From the NCBI GenBank assembly GCA_963713975.1, contig OY970218.1, positions 288,001 through 352,000 of the forward strand: DNA of 64,000 nucleotides, read 5' to 3'. Each line of letters begins with the position of its first letter. The stretch's first letter is position 1. This stretch comes from an uncultured Chloroflexia bacterium (GTDB lineage Bacteria; Chloroflexota; Limnocylindria; Limnocylindrales; CSP1-4). The notes beneath the pieces are model-generated. The model searched no databases and was not told where the DNA came from. It was given only the letters and a program-made list of their open reading frames with translations. Positions 19,602 to 28,471 of this stretch are shown here, piece by piece. The translations under genes were made by a program, and so were the position numbers.

Positions 19602-19882
19602 CAATCGTCCGACCCTTCGTGCTCGTTCGCGCCATCGTCGCCCGAGCGGGACGCTGAGACGACCTTGGTGACGAAGACGTCCTTGGGTGTCGGCTTCGGC
19701 GCGAGGTAGACCGTGTCGACCTGGACGACCGGAGCCGGCGCGTCCGTCGTGGCCACGGGGCTGGACACCGGTTCGGCGGCCACGGGAGCGGTCGTCGGGC
19801 CGAGGCCGGCGATGACGAGGCCCACGGCCAGCCCGGCGGCCGCGACCAGCGTCGCGGCGAAGATGGCGAGTCGGTGGATCAT
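19601..19882 (-). CDS. Small secreted/membrane protein with acidic His-containing tail
   Basis: MIHRLAIFAATLVAAAGLAVGLVIAG... ends GDDGANEHEGSDD; first gene of the apbE operon. Confidence 0.7.
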   Translation of the reverse strand: MIHRLAIFAATLVAAAGLAVGLVIAGLGPTTAPVAAEPVSSPVATTDAPAPVVQVDTVYLAPKPTPKDVFVTKVVSASRSGDDGANEHEGSDD

Positions 19883-19947
19883 GGTTGGGTTCCCCAGAAG
19901 CGGAGTGGCTTGTGTCCCCACTGTCGGGCCGAACCATTCACCACGCC

Positions 19948-19975
19948 GTGAGCGCCGGATGAGAGTTTGCACAGA
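19948..19975 (-). promoter_or_regulatory. Putative OmpR/MprA-type direct-repeat binding site
   Basis: Minus strand reads TCTGTG-N5-TCTCAT-N5-GCTCAC (11-bp period), between the divergent operon and the response regulator. Confidence 0.45.
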
Positions 19976-20027
19976 GAAGGGCTCCAGCCCTCGACCGGCG
20001 CCCCGGCGGGTTGCACAATGCGCGGCG

Positions 20028-20702
20028 ATGCGGGTACTGGTAGTCGAAGACGAACCGAAGATGGCGGCCCTGATCAAGAGGGTCCTCGTGGCCGAGCGCC
20101 ACGTGGTGGACGTCGCCCCCGACGGCGTGTCGGCCATCGCGTTCGCGGAGGCCGCGCCGAGCGACGTGGTGATCCTGGATCGCGGCCTCCCGGACATCGA
20201 CGGCGTCACGGTCCTGCGCCTGCTGCGCGCCAAGGGCATCGCCACTCCTGTCCTGATGCTGACCGCGCTGGGAGGCGTCGATGACCGCGTCGCCGGTCTT
20301 GATGCGGGTGCGGACGACTACCTCGCCAAGCCCTTCGCCTTCTCGGAGCTCCTGGCCCGGATCCGGGCCCTCGGACGGCGCCCGGCCCCGGCCGCCGATG
20401 GCCGGCTCGCCGCCGGCGATCTCGTGCTCGACGAGCTGCGCCACGTCGCACAGGTGGGCGATCAAACGGTCGACCTCTCGGCGCGCGAGTTCGCGCTGCT
20501 CGGCTTCTTCATCCGCCACGCGGGCCAGGTCGTGACCCGGCAGCAGATCCTGGACCAGGTCTGGGGCGCGGAGCCAGACGTCTACTCCAACGTGGTGGAC
20601 CTCTACGTGTCATACCTGCGTCGCAAGCTGGGCGAGCTCGACCGGGCGGACCGCCTGAAGACCGTTCGCGGGGTCGGCTACACGCTCAAGGCCGAAGGCT
20701 GA
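20028..20702 (+). CDS. OmpR-family response regulator
   Basis: MRVLVVEDE, ILDRGLP, LMLTA, GADDYLAKPF, winged helix LKTVRGVGY. Confidence 0.93.
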   Translation: MRVLVVEDEPKMAALIKRVLVAERHVVDVAPDGVSAIAFAEAAPSDVVILDRGLPDIDGVTVLRLLRAKGIATPVLMLTALGGVDDRVAGLDAGADDYLAKPFAFSELLARIRALGRRPAPAADGRLAAGDLVLDELRHVAQVGDQTVDLSAREFALLGFFIRHAGQVVTRQQILDQVWGAEPDVYSNVVDLYVSYLRRKLGELDRADRLKTVRGVGYTLKAEG

Positions 20703-20705
20703 GCC

Positions 20706-22019
20706 GTGGCGACCAGCCACACGGAGCGCCTGCTCCGCCGGACACGGCGGCGCCTGTTCGTGACCACGCTGGCGCTGCTGACGCTCCTGGTCGCCGGGGT
20801 TGGCGCCGCGACCGTCGTCGTGGCGACATCGGCCCTTGACTCGGATCTGGACCGGGCACTCGAGGCGGCGGTGCAGGCACAGGTCACGGCGCTCGCCGGC
20901 CAGCTGCCGGGCGGCGAGGAGCAGCACGAGACGGCCGAGCACACCCCGGCCGTCGCGGACACGGTGCTGCTGGTGCTGGACCCGGGTGGTCGCGTCCTCC
21001 TCAATCGGACCGGCCAGACCCTGCCCGGCCTCCCGACGGCAGGGGCGCTCACCGCGGCGGCAGGCGGGCGGGACGTCCGGACGATCGAGACGGCCGGAGT
21101 CGAGGTGCGGGTGCTCACGATGCCCGTCGTCCGGGACGAGGCCCTGGCGGGCTTCGTGCAGGGCGGTTTCGACATGACGCTCCACGATCGGCAGGCCCAG
21201 AGCCTGATGCTGGCGGTGCTCATCGTCGGAGCCGTCGGGCTGATCGCTGCGGCAGCGATCGCCTACGTGGTCACGGGCCGCGCGCTCGTCCCGATCCGCG
21301 AAGGCTTCGAGGGCCAGCGGCGGTTCGTCGCGGACGCCTCGCACGAGCTGCGCACCCCCGCCGCGCTCATCCGGGCGAACGCCGAGGTGCTGGAGCGCGA
21401 GGGTCTCGTGGAGGCGGACGGCCGGGACCTGCTGGACGACGTGATCGCCGAGGCGGACCGGCTTGGGGGGCTCGTGGGCGATCTCCTGCAGCTCGCGGCC
21501 TGGGACCAGACCAGCCTGAGCATCGCCCGTGAGCCGCTCGACGTCGCCGAGGTTGCCCGCGACACCGTGCGCGGTGCGACCGCCCTGGCCGCCGAACGAG
21601 GGGTGAGGCTTGCCGTCGATGCCCCCGGCCCCGCGCCGGCCTCGGCAGATCGCGGGCGCCTCGTGCAGCTGCTGGTCGTCCTCATCGACAACGCGATCGA
21701 TCACTCCCCGGCCGACGGGGAGGTCGGCGTCCGGGTCCGGCAGCGGGGCGTCGCGATCCTCGTCGAGGTGGACGACCACGGCCCCGGGATCCCCGAGGCG
21801 GACCGGGAACGGATCTTTGATCCGTTCACCCGGCTGCCGGGCACCACTCGTCACGGTTCCGGGGGCACGGGCCTGGGGCTCGCGATCGCGCGCCGTATCG
21901 CCGAGGCGCATGGCGGCTCGATCGCCGCGGGCTCGCCGCCGGCAGGAGGGGCCCGGTTCACGATCACCCTCCCCGCCGGCAACCCGCATGGGCAAACCCA
22001 CAACCCGACCACACGCTGA
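20706..22019 (+). CDS. Sensor histidine kinase
   Basis: Two TM helices; H box ADASHELRTP, N box LIDNA, DHGPGI, GGTGLGLAI. Confidence 0.92.
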   Translation: MATSHTERLLRRTRRRLFVTTLALLTLLVAGVGAATVVVATSALDSDLDRALEAAVQAQVTALAGQLPGGEEQHETAEHTPAVADTVLLVLDPGGRVLLNRTGQTLPGLPTAGALTAAAGGRDVRTIETAGVEVRVLTMPVVRDEALAGFVQGGFDMTLHDRQAQSLMLAVLIVGAVGLIAAAAIAYVVTGRALVPIREGFEGQRRFVADASHELRTPAALIRANAEVLEREGLVEADGRDLLDDVIAEADRLGGLVGDLLQLAAWDQTSLSIAREPLDVAEVARDTVRGATALAAERGVRLAVDAPGPAPASADRGRLVQLLVVLIDNAIDHSPADGEVGVRVRQRGVAILVEVDDHGPGIPEADRERIFDPFTRLPGTTRHGSGGTGLGLAIARRIAEAHGGSIAAGSPPAGGARFTITLPAGNPHGQTHNPTTR

Positions 22020-22120
22020 CCACACACCGAAACCGGACGCTGAAACCATCGAGCCCGATCCTGGCTCGATAGGGACAACCGGCCGGACCCTCGTCCCGGC
22101 CACCAGCGCTGGAGCCAACC

Positions 22121-22411
22121 ATGGCCTACGTCATCGCCGCCCCGTGCGTCGACCACACCGACCAGTCCTGCGTCGCGGTGTGCCCGGTGGACTGCATCTA
22201 CGGCGACCTCTCGGTCGACCGCAAGCTCTACGTCGACCCCGACGCGTGCATCGAGTGCGGCTCGTGCGAGACCGCGTGCCCCAACAACGCGATCATGCCG
22301 GAGAAGAAGCTGCCCGGGGAATGGCGCGACTGGGCGTGGGTCGACGCGGCCTGGTTCGCGGACCCGAGTGCGGCCCGCCAGGTCGTGGACGAGCTGGCGG
22401 GGGCGGCATAG
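22121..22411 (+). CDS. fdxA: 7Fe ([3Fe-4S]/[4Fe-4S]) ferredoxin, FdxA type
   Basis: MAYVIAAPC...SCVAVCPVDCIY...CIECGSCETACP. Confidence 0.9.
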   Translation: MAYVIAAPCVDHTDQSCVAVCPVDCIYGDLSVDRKLYVDPDACIECGSCETACPNNAIMPEKKLPGEWRDWAWVDAAWFADPSAARQVVDELAGAA

Positions 22412-22413
22412 TC

Positions 22414-23223
22414 ATGCACGCCGCTCCCACGGTCCGTCCCCTGGCTGCACCGCGATCGGCACGGGTTGCGCCGACCGGCCCCAACGCCACGCTCGTGGAG
22501 CGCCACCCCGTCTCGCCCTCGATCCTCCGGCTCCGGGTGCGCCCCGACGACGGCATCCCCGCGTTCGTTCCCGGCCAGTACCTGGCGGTGGGCGTGGACG
22601 TGGCGGATCGGCCCCTCCAGCGCCCCTACTCCACGGCCTCCGGGATCGACGAGGCCGACGCCCTCGAGTTCCTGGTCCGCCTCGTCCCCGGTGGCGCACT
22701 GACCCCGCGCCTGTGGTCGCTCCGAACCGGTGACCGGGTCCGGCTCGGGCGCCCCAAGGGGCTGTTCACGGCAGACGGGGCGGATGACCGGCGTCCCGTG
22801 TTCATCGCAACGGGCACCGGCATCGCACCGCTGCTGTCGATGCTGGAGGCGCGGCTCCTCGGGCGGGCGGACGGCCATGCCCGGTCCCGGCCCGTGATGG
22901 TGCACGGCGTCGCCCGGGCGGACGATCTCGCCTACCGGGAGCGCCTCCAGGCCCTCGCCGATACGGGCCGGATCACCTACGTGCCGGCCGTCTCCCGCCC
23001 CTCAGACGCGGCGAACGCCGGCTGGAGCGGCCATACGGGCCGGATCGACGCGCTGCTGCCGCGGATCCTCGCCGACGCCGGAGCTGATCCAGCCGACACG
23101 ACCGCGTACGTCTGTGGCAACCCTGGGATGACCCAGGCCTCGACGGCCACCCTGGCGGGCTGGGGCATGCCCGCCGAGGCCGTGCACTCCGAACCCTACT
23201 GGGTGGCCGGCTCCAGCTCCTGA
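22414..23223 (+). CDS. Ferredoxin--NAD(P)+ reductase-like flavoprotein
   Basis: FVPGQY, RPYS, GGALT, IATGTGIAP, YVCGNPGM, EPYW; ATG 22414. Confidence 0.88.
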   Translation: MHAAPTVRPLAAPRSARVAPTGPNATLVERHPVSPSILRLRVRPDDGIPAFVPGQYLAVGVDVADRPLQRPYSTASGIDEADALEFLVRLVPGGALTPRLWSLRTGDRVRLGRPKGLFTADGADDRRPVFIATGTGIAPLLSMLEARLLGRADGHARSRPVMVHGVARADDLAYRERLQALADTGRITYVPAVSRPSDAANAGWSGHTGRIDALLPRILADAGADPADTTAYVCGNPGMTQASTATLAGWGMPAEAVHSEPYWVAGSSS

Positions 23224-23260
23224 CCGACGGGCTGCTGGGCCCCTGCGTCGGCGATGACGC

Positions 23261-23698
23261 TCATTCCAGGATGATCCGCACGGTGTCGTCGCCGTCGTCG
23301 ACCTCCAGGACCGGGCCGCGCAGGCCGCTGCTCAACGCCTCCCGGACACGGTCGACCTGGTCTCCGGACAGGCCAGGCACACGATCGAGGGCAAGCCTGC
23401 CGACGGCCATCGGCAGGCGGAGGTTCACGACCTGGCGACCGCCCTCGCGGACCTCGAGCCGGAGTGACGTCGGCGGCCCGCCGGCAGGAGCGAAGCCGGG
23501 CGGCGGGTTGGAGCCGAAGCCGCCGGGCGGCTCGTCACGGGGCGGCGTCGTACCGGGCTCTTCCCCGACAGCGCCGGGGCTCCGGTCGGACCGAGCGTCA
23601 AGCGCCGCAAGGATGGATGCGGCCTCCTCGGGGCTCACCGTGCCGTTGGCGACAAGGTCAAGGACCTGCTGCAGCGGATCGGCGGCCATCAGCACCAC
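23261..23698 (-). CDS. SHOCT-like domain protein (YvlB/LiaX N-terminal-like)
   Basis: QVLDLVANGTVSPEEAASILAAL; LRLEVRE...VNLRLP; EVDDGDDTVRIILE; start may be 23689. Confidence 0.75.
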   Translation of the reverse strand: MVLMAADPLQQVLDLVANGTVSPEEAASILAALDARSDRSPGAVGEEPGTTPPRDEPPGGFGSNPPPGFAPAGGPPTSLRLEVREGGRQVVNLRLPMAVGRLALDRVPGLSGDQVDRVREALSSGLRGPVLEVDDGDDTVRIILE

Positions 23699-24720
23699 CC
23701 CCGGAACGAGACCGGACCCGCTTCCTCCAGCGCCTCGAGGCGACGGGAGGCGGCTTCGACGTCGAGGTCCCCGCGCTCGAGTGCCCGGAGCACGCTCAGC
23801 CGCTCCGCCTCGCGCCGGTCGACCACGGGCTCGGCGGCGTTCCAGGGCTGGGTGTCATCGTCGCCGGCCAGGCGGGGTGAGGCGATCGGCGCGGTGGCCG
23901 GCGGTGGCACGGGTGGCGCCGGCGCGACCGGGTCCCCCGGCACGCGGAGCCGGATGTCACCCGACGTCGTGTGGACGGTGAGGGTCACGGACCCGTCGCC
24001 CACCACGAGCGTCCGGCGACCCCGGCCACCCTCCGTGGCGTGCGGTCCCGTTGCCCGGATGTCCCCGGCGATCGTCTGGGCCTCGAGTCGCACGGCGCTC
24101 CGGGTGATCACGTCGACGTCACCCGACACCGAGTTGATCGCGTGCCGGGCGCCGGTGGCGAGGTCACCCTCCACCCGGACGTCCCCGCTGGTGGTGCTGG
24201 CGTCCAAGGAGTCGAGTCGGGGGGCCCGGACCGCCATGTCACCGGACACGGTGCGTGCCGTCAGGGCGATCGAGGTCGAGGCCTCCAACACGGCATCGCC
24301 CGACATCGACTCAAGGTGCACCGGCCCGGCCGTGACCGCGACCCGCAGATCGCCCGACGCGGACGCCCACCGGCTGGCGCCGCCGATCCCGTGGGCCTCG
24401 ACGTCACCACTCAACGTGCGCAGGGACACGGTCGCGGTCCTTGGCACGTCGATGTCGAGGTCCGGGGCGTGGCGGGTCTGGAGCCGGATCGGCCCCAGCC
24501 GGAAGGTGCCTTCGCCATCCCGGATCCGGACGACGCCGGAGGCGGCCTCGAGGCGGATGCCGTCGTCGAGGGGCGCCCCGCCCCGGCTCCGGATGATCAC
24601 GCGATCGCCGTCGATCCCGCGGACCCGCAGGTCGCTGGCCGCCAGGACGATCTCCACGGACCCGCCCGGGTCCAGGGGCAGCTCGCGGACTGCCGCCGCG
24701 TTGGCCACGGTGCTCGTCAT
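23689..24720 (-). CDS. DUF4097 (Toastrack) beta-strand repeat protein with C-terminal SHOCT-like helix
   Basis: Repeated (T/S)xSGD motifs; C-terminal ERLSVLRALERGDLDVEAASRRLEAL. Confidence 0.85.
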   Translation of the reverse strand: MTSTVANAAAVRELPLDPGGSVEIVLAASDLRVRGIDGDRVIIRSRGGAPLDDGIRLEAASGVVRIRDGEGTFRLGPIRLQTRHAPDLDIDVPRTATVSLRTLSGDVEAHGIGGASRWASASGDLRVAVTAGPVHLESMSGDAVLEASTSIALTARTVSGDMAVRAPRLDSLDASTTSGDVRVEGDLATGARHAINSVSGDVDVITRSAVRLEAQTIAGDIRATGPHATEGGRGRRTLVVGDGSVTLTVHTTSGDIRLRVPGDPVAPAPPVPPPATAPIASPRLAGDDDTQPWNAAEPVVDRREAERLSVLRALERGDLDVEAASRRLEALEEAGPVSFRGWC

Positions 24721-25154
24721 CGGACACTCCTTCCTAGCGCGCGGATCGCCTCGGCGGCCTCCTCGGCGCTCAGCTCGTGACCGGCAAGGCGCTCGAGGAT
24801 GTCGCGCCGGCCGGCCTGGATCGCATCGGCGGTCGCTGCGCCACCGGGTGCGGTTCCCGCGTTGGACGAAGGCTCCGCCTCGTCACGTGGTCCGAACCCC
24901 AGGGCTCGGACGAGCGCCTCCACGCGCGCGCGGACCGTGGGGTAGCTGATGCCCAGCTCACGCTCCATGTCGCGGAGGTTCCCCCGGCTGCGCAGGAAGC
25001 TCTCCAGGACCTGGGTCTGCTCACGGGTCAGGCTGGCGAAGCGTCCCACCCCGAACTCCCCCTCGATGGTCGTCCCGCAGCTGCCGCAGCGCAGTCGCGT
25101 CACCGCGAGCTCGCCCACGCAGACGGGGCAGGTGGCGATGACATCGTGGGGCAC
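24717..25154 (-). CDS. DUF2089 family protein (Zn ribbon + HTH + SHOCT-like)
   Basis: CPVC...CGSC, FLRSRGNLRDMERELGISYPTVRAR; GTG start at 25154. Confidence 0.9.
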   Translation of the reverse strand: MPHDVIATCPVCVGELAVTRLRCGSCGTTIEGEFGVGRFASLTREQTQVLESFLRSRGNLRDMERELGISYPTVRARVEALVRALGFGPRDEAEPSSNAGTAPGGAATADAIQAGRRDILERLAGHELSAEEAAEAIRALGRSVR

Positions 25155-25190
25155 GGCTCGGTCCTCATTAGTAGGTCGTCGATATTCGGT

Positions 25191-25219
25191 TTTATAAAGT
25201 GTCTTTGCCTTTTTGTCAA
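25191..25219 (-). promoter_or_regulatory. Near-consensus sigma70 promoter for the DUF2089 operon
   Basis: Minus strand TTGACA (25219-25214), 17-bp spacer, TATAAA (25196-25191), in an AT-rich patch. Confidence 0.8.
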
Positions 25220-25399
25220 TACCCATGACCAGATAGAGGTGTTCGGCGCGATGGAGTGGCGGAGCTGGCTGACCCCGAGACCCACGGGGCCTGCGCCTGC
25301 GCTACCCTTCTGGCATGCCTACAACCTGATCCCGACCGCGGTCCGGAGCGCCGCACAACCGCACGAGACACGATGCGGAGAAGTCAGACGGAGGGCCTC

Positions 25400-26152
25400 A
25401 TGACGATCCTCGATCGCGCGCGTGGGGCGCGCATGATCCGCATCGATACCAACCAGTTCGCCGACGAGCTGGCCCGAAGGCTGCCGGACACGACCGATGT
25501 CGATCCCGTCGCGTGGGCGACCGGCGCCGCCCACGACGCGGCCGGGACTGCCCGGGACCAGCTCGGGCGGGCGACCGACCTCGCGCGCGATCTCGGCCGC
25601 GATCTGGTCAAGGCCGGCGGTGACCTGCGTCTCGATGGCCGCATGGACGAGATCGCTCAGCGGATCCGGGCGGGCGGCACGCCCACCGCGCTGCGTGCCC
25701 TCGTTGCCCGCCTGGAGCGCGAGCTGCCGGACACCGATCGTGATCGGTATGACCGTGCCTATGCGCGCGGCTGGGTCCGGGCCCGCTCCACCTACCTCGT
25801 CCTCGGGCTGGCCGCCGGCATCGGCGCAGGCGTGGTGGCCGCGGTGCTCCTCGACCCCAAGCGCGGCCCGGCGCGGCGGGAGCGGATCGCGGCCAGGACC
25901 AGCAGCCTCACCCAAGGTCTCACGGACAAGGTCGGCGTCACCGTCAAGGACGTGTCGGAGCGCGCCCGTGGCGTCGCGGCCGAGCGTGGCCTCATCAAGT
26001 CCGCAACGGATGAAGCCGTCCCGTCCGTCGTTGCGGAAGCGTCGGAGACCGTCGAGTCTGCCGCCGAGTCGCTCGAGTCCGCCATGGGCGAGACCGCGGA
26101 CAGGGTCGCCGAGACCGCCGAGACCGTCGTCGAGACCGCTCAGCCCGCATAG
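25400..26152 (+). CDS. Hypothetical membrane protein with YtxH-like segment
   Basis: GGAGG before ATG 25400; GAGVVAAVLLDPKRGPARRERI motif; acidic helical C-terminus. Confidence 0.7.
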   Translation: MTILDRARGARMIRIDTNQFADELARRLPDTTDVDPVAWATGAAHDAAGTARDQLGRATDLARDLGRDLVKAGGDLRLDGRMDEIAQRIRAGGTPTALRALVARLERELPDTDRDRYDRAYARGWVRARSTYLVLGLAAGIGAGVVAAVLLDPKRGPARRERIAARTSSLTQGLTDKVGVTVKDVSERARGVAAERGLIKSATDEAVPSVVAEASETVESAAESLESAMGETADRVAETAETVVETAQPA

Positions 26153-26166
26153 GGACGACCTCGTCC

Positions 26167-27417
26167 GTGCCGGCCCCAGGCTCCCTACCGATCCGGCGCC
26201 TCTACCGTGACGGCGCACTCGCCGATGGTCGGAGCGACCGGCTGCGGGTCGGCGTCTCCGTCCTCGTGGATGACGGGCGGATCTCGTGGATCCGGCCCTC
26301 GGACGACGAGGGGCCCGTGCTCGACCCAGCCGGGACGGCGATCATCGACGCCTCGGGCTCGACCATCGTCCCGGGCATGGTGGACGCGCACAGCCACCTG
26401 ACGATGCCCGGCGGCGCGCACTGGATCGACCGCGCCTCTGACCCGACCGAGGTGCTGCTCGAGGTTGCCGAATTGAACGCCGGCCTGCTCACCCGGGCCG
26501 GGGTCCGCTGGGCGCGCGACGTCGGCTCGGTGACCCGCCGTGACCTGTACGACGTCGGGCGGTCGCGGGCCGTGGCGATCAGGGTCCGGGACCGGTGGGC
26601 TGACCGTCCCGGCTACCCGCACGTGCGCGCAGCCGGGACCTGGATCATGGCCTCGGGCCTGATGCCTGCGCTCTCTGTGGAGGCGGCGAACGCGGACGAG
26701 CTCCTCGCGGCAGCGATGACGCAGCTGGACGACGGGGCGGACATCGTCAAGCTCTACCTCGACGGGCCGGATCCCGGCACCAGCCCCTGGACGGCGGACG
26801 AGCTGCGACGCGTCGTGACCGCGGTCCATGACCGGACCTGTCGCGTGACCGCACACAGCGGGTACCTGGCGGGCGCACGGGCCGGCGCCGAGGCGGGCGT
26901 CGATGCCCTGGAGCACGGCTTCGAGCTGGATGAGACGACAGCGCGAGTCATGGCCGCGAACGGCGTCAGGCTCGTGTCCACGCTGTGCGTGCTCGCCTCG
27001 TGGCGGACGTTCGGTCACACGACCACGATCCCGCGCTTCGCCTCGGACGAGGGCCGCGCCAGGGTCGAGGCTCGTCGGGAGCGCGCAATGGAGTCCGTGC
27101 GGATCGCCCATCGGGCCGGCGTGGCGATCGCGACGGGGACCGACTTTGGGGGCGGCTCGACGCGGGCGAACCAGCTCGCGTGGGAGGTGGAGCAGCTCGT
27201 GGAGGCCGGCCTCGAGCCGTGGGAGGCCCTTGCCTCGGCGACGTGGCGCGGCGGCGAGCTGCTGGGTGAGCCCGATGCCGGCACCCTGCGAGAGGGCGGG
27301 CCGGCCGACCTGGTGCTCGTGCACGGCGACCCGCTGTCCGACCCATCGGCACTGTGGCGCGTGTGGCACGTGAGCTGGGCGACGTCCGATACCACGGGCC
27401 CGGGCGCGCATTCCTGA
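26167..27417 (+). CDS. Metal-dependent amidohydrolase
   Basis: PGMVDAHSH, VKLY, TAHS, LEHG, ATGTD, ADLVLVHGDP. Confidence 0.85.
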   Translation: MPAPGSLPIRRLYRDGALADGRSDRLRVGVSVLVDDGRISWIRPSDDEGPVLDPAGTAIIDASGSTIVPGMVDAHSHLTMPGGAHWIDRASDPTEVLLEVAELNAGLLTRAGVRWARDVGSVTRRDLYDVGRSRAVAIRVRDRWADRPGYPHVRAAGTWIMASGLMPALSVEAANADELLAAAMTQLDDGADIVKLYLDGPDPGTSPWTADELRRVVTAVHDRTCRVTAHSGYLAGARAGAEAGVDALEHGFELDETTARVMAANGVRLVSTLCVLASWRTFGHTTTIPRFASDEGRARVEARRERAMESVRIAHRAGVAIATGTDFGGGSTRANQLAWEVEQLVEAGLEPWEALASATWRGGELLGEPDAGTLREGGPADLVLVHGDPLSDPSALWRVWHVSWATSDTTGPGAHS

Positions 27418-27476
27418 TACGAGAACTGCCGCGCCTCGTGGCGCGGCAGTCCATGTTCCCAGCCGGTCGCCCTTGG

Positions 27477-28370
27477 TCAGGGCATCGTGGCCTGGTACCC
27501 CACCTGGAGCGCGCCGCCGTCATCGCGCAGCTCGAGGCTGCCGTTGACGAAGTCGAAGGTCGTGGCCGCCTCCAACGCCGCGTAGTACGCGGCCTCTTGG
27601 GTGTTGACGTCCTCCGCGCACGCCTTCAAGGTGCCGGCGATCGGGCCGATCTTGATGCTCGTCCCATCGACGGTGTAGGGGCCGCTGTACTCGTTGCAGC
27701 CGCCCGAGCCCGCCACCGTGCCGTCCTCGGCGAAGATCGCGGTCACCTCGACGCCGCCCATGATGCTCACGACGGCCTGCTTGCCGTTGTTGATGCCAGT
27801 CGCCAGCCAGCGCGTCCCGGTCAACGTCGGGACAGCGGCCGCTGCGAACTTGAGGCCAACCTTTCCATCGGCGGTCTTGAGCTCGAGGGTGTCGCCCATG
27901 ACGGACCAGGTCTCAACCCTGCCGAGCAGGCCCGTGAACGCCGTCTCGAGTGCGTTCTGGACGTCGCCGCAGGCCATCCTCGTCATGGCCAGCGGGCCGA
28001 CCTTGATCGTGTCGCCATCGAGCGTGTAGGTCCCGTTGTAGTTGTTGCAGCCGCCGGTGCCGGAGACGGTTCCGCCCTCGAACGATGCGGTGGCGGCCAG
28101 CTTGTCCGGGACGGGAACGGTGTTGCCCTGGGGCCCGGCGTATTCGGTCAGCTGCCAGGTGGTGCCCTCGATGGCCGGCGCAGCACCGGGGGCCGAGGAC
28201 GGCGCCTCGGCGCTGGCGGCCGGTGAGGCAGCGTCCGTGGCGGCGGACCCGCCGCCGCTCGAGCAGGCGGCGAGGACGAGTGCCACGGCGGCGATGGGCA
28301 CGGCGAGACGGAGGGTGGTGCGACCCCCCGTGGGGCGTTGTCGATCCAATTCCTCTCCTTGATTGGTCAT
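27477..28370 (-). CDS. Lipoprotein with two META (HslJ-like) domains
   Basis: Lipobox LAAC; two GxGGCN.Y.G.Y repeats; MTRMAC and TLKAC. Confidence 0.88.
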   Translation of the reverse strand: MTNQGEELDRQRPTGGRTTLRLAVPIAAVALVLAACSSGGGSAATDAASPAASAEAPSSAPGAAPAIEGTTWQLTEYAGPQGNTVPVPDKLAATASFEGGTVSGTGGCNNYNGTYTLDGDTIKVGPLAMTRMACGDVQNALETAFTGLLGRVETWSVMGDTLELKTADGKVGLKFAAAAVPTLTGTRWLATGINNGKQAVVSIMGGVEVTAIFAEDGTVAGSGGCNEYSGPYTVDGTSIKIGPIAGTLKACAEDVNTQEAAYYAALEAATTFDFVNGSLELRDDGGALQVGYQATMP

Positions 28371-28471
28371 GCGGGGATGGCCGCGGTGCGGCACGCGCGC
28401 CCAGACGCCGCGAGCAGGCGCCAGGTTCCGGGCCAGAATAGGGCCGTTGACGCGTGACGGCTCGCGACGCC

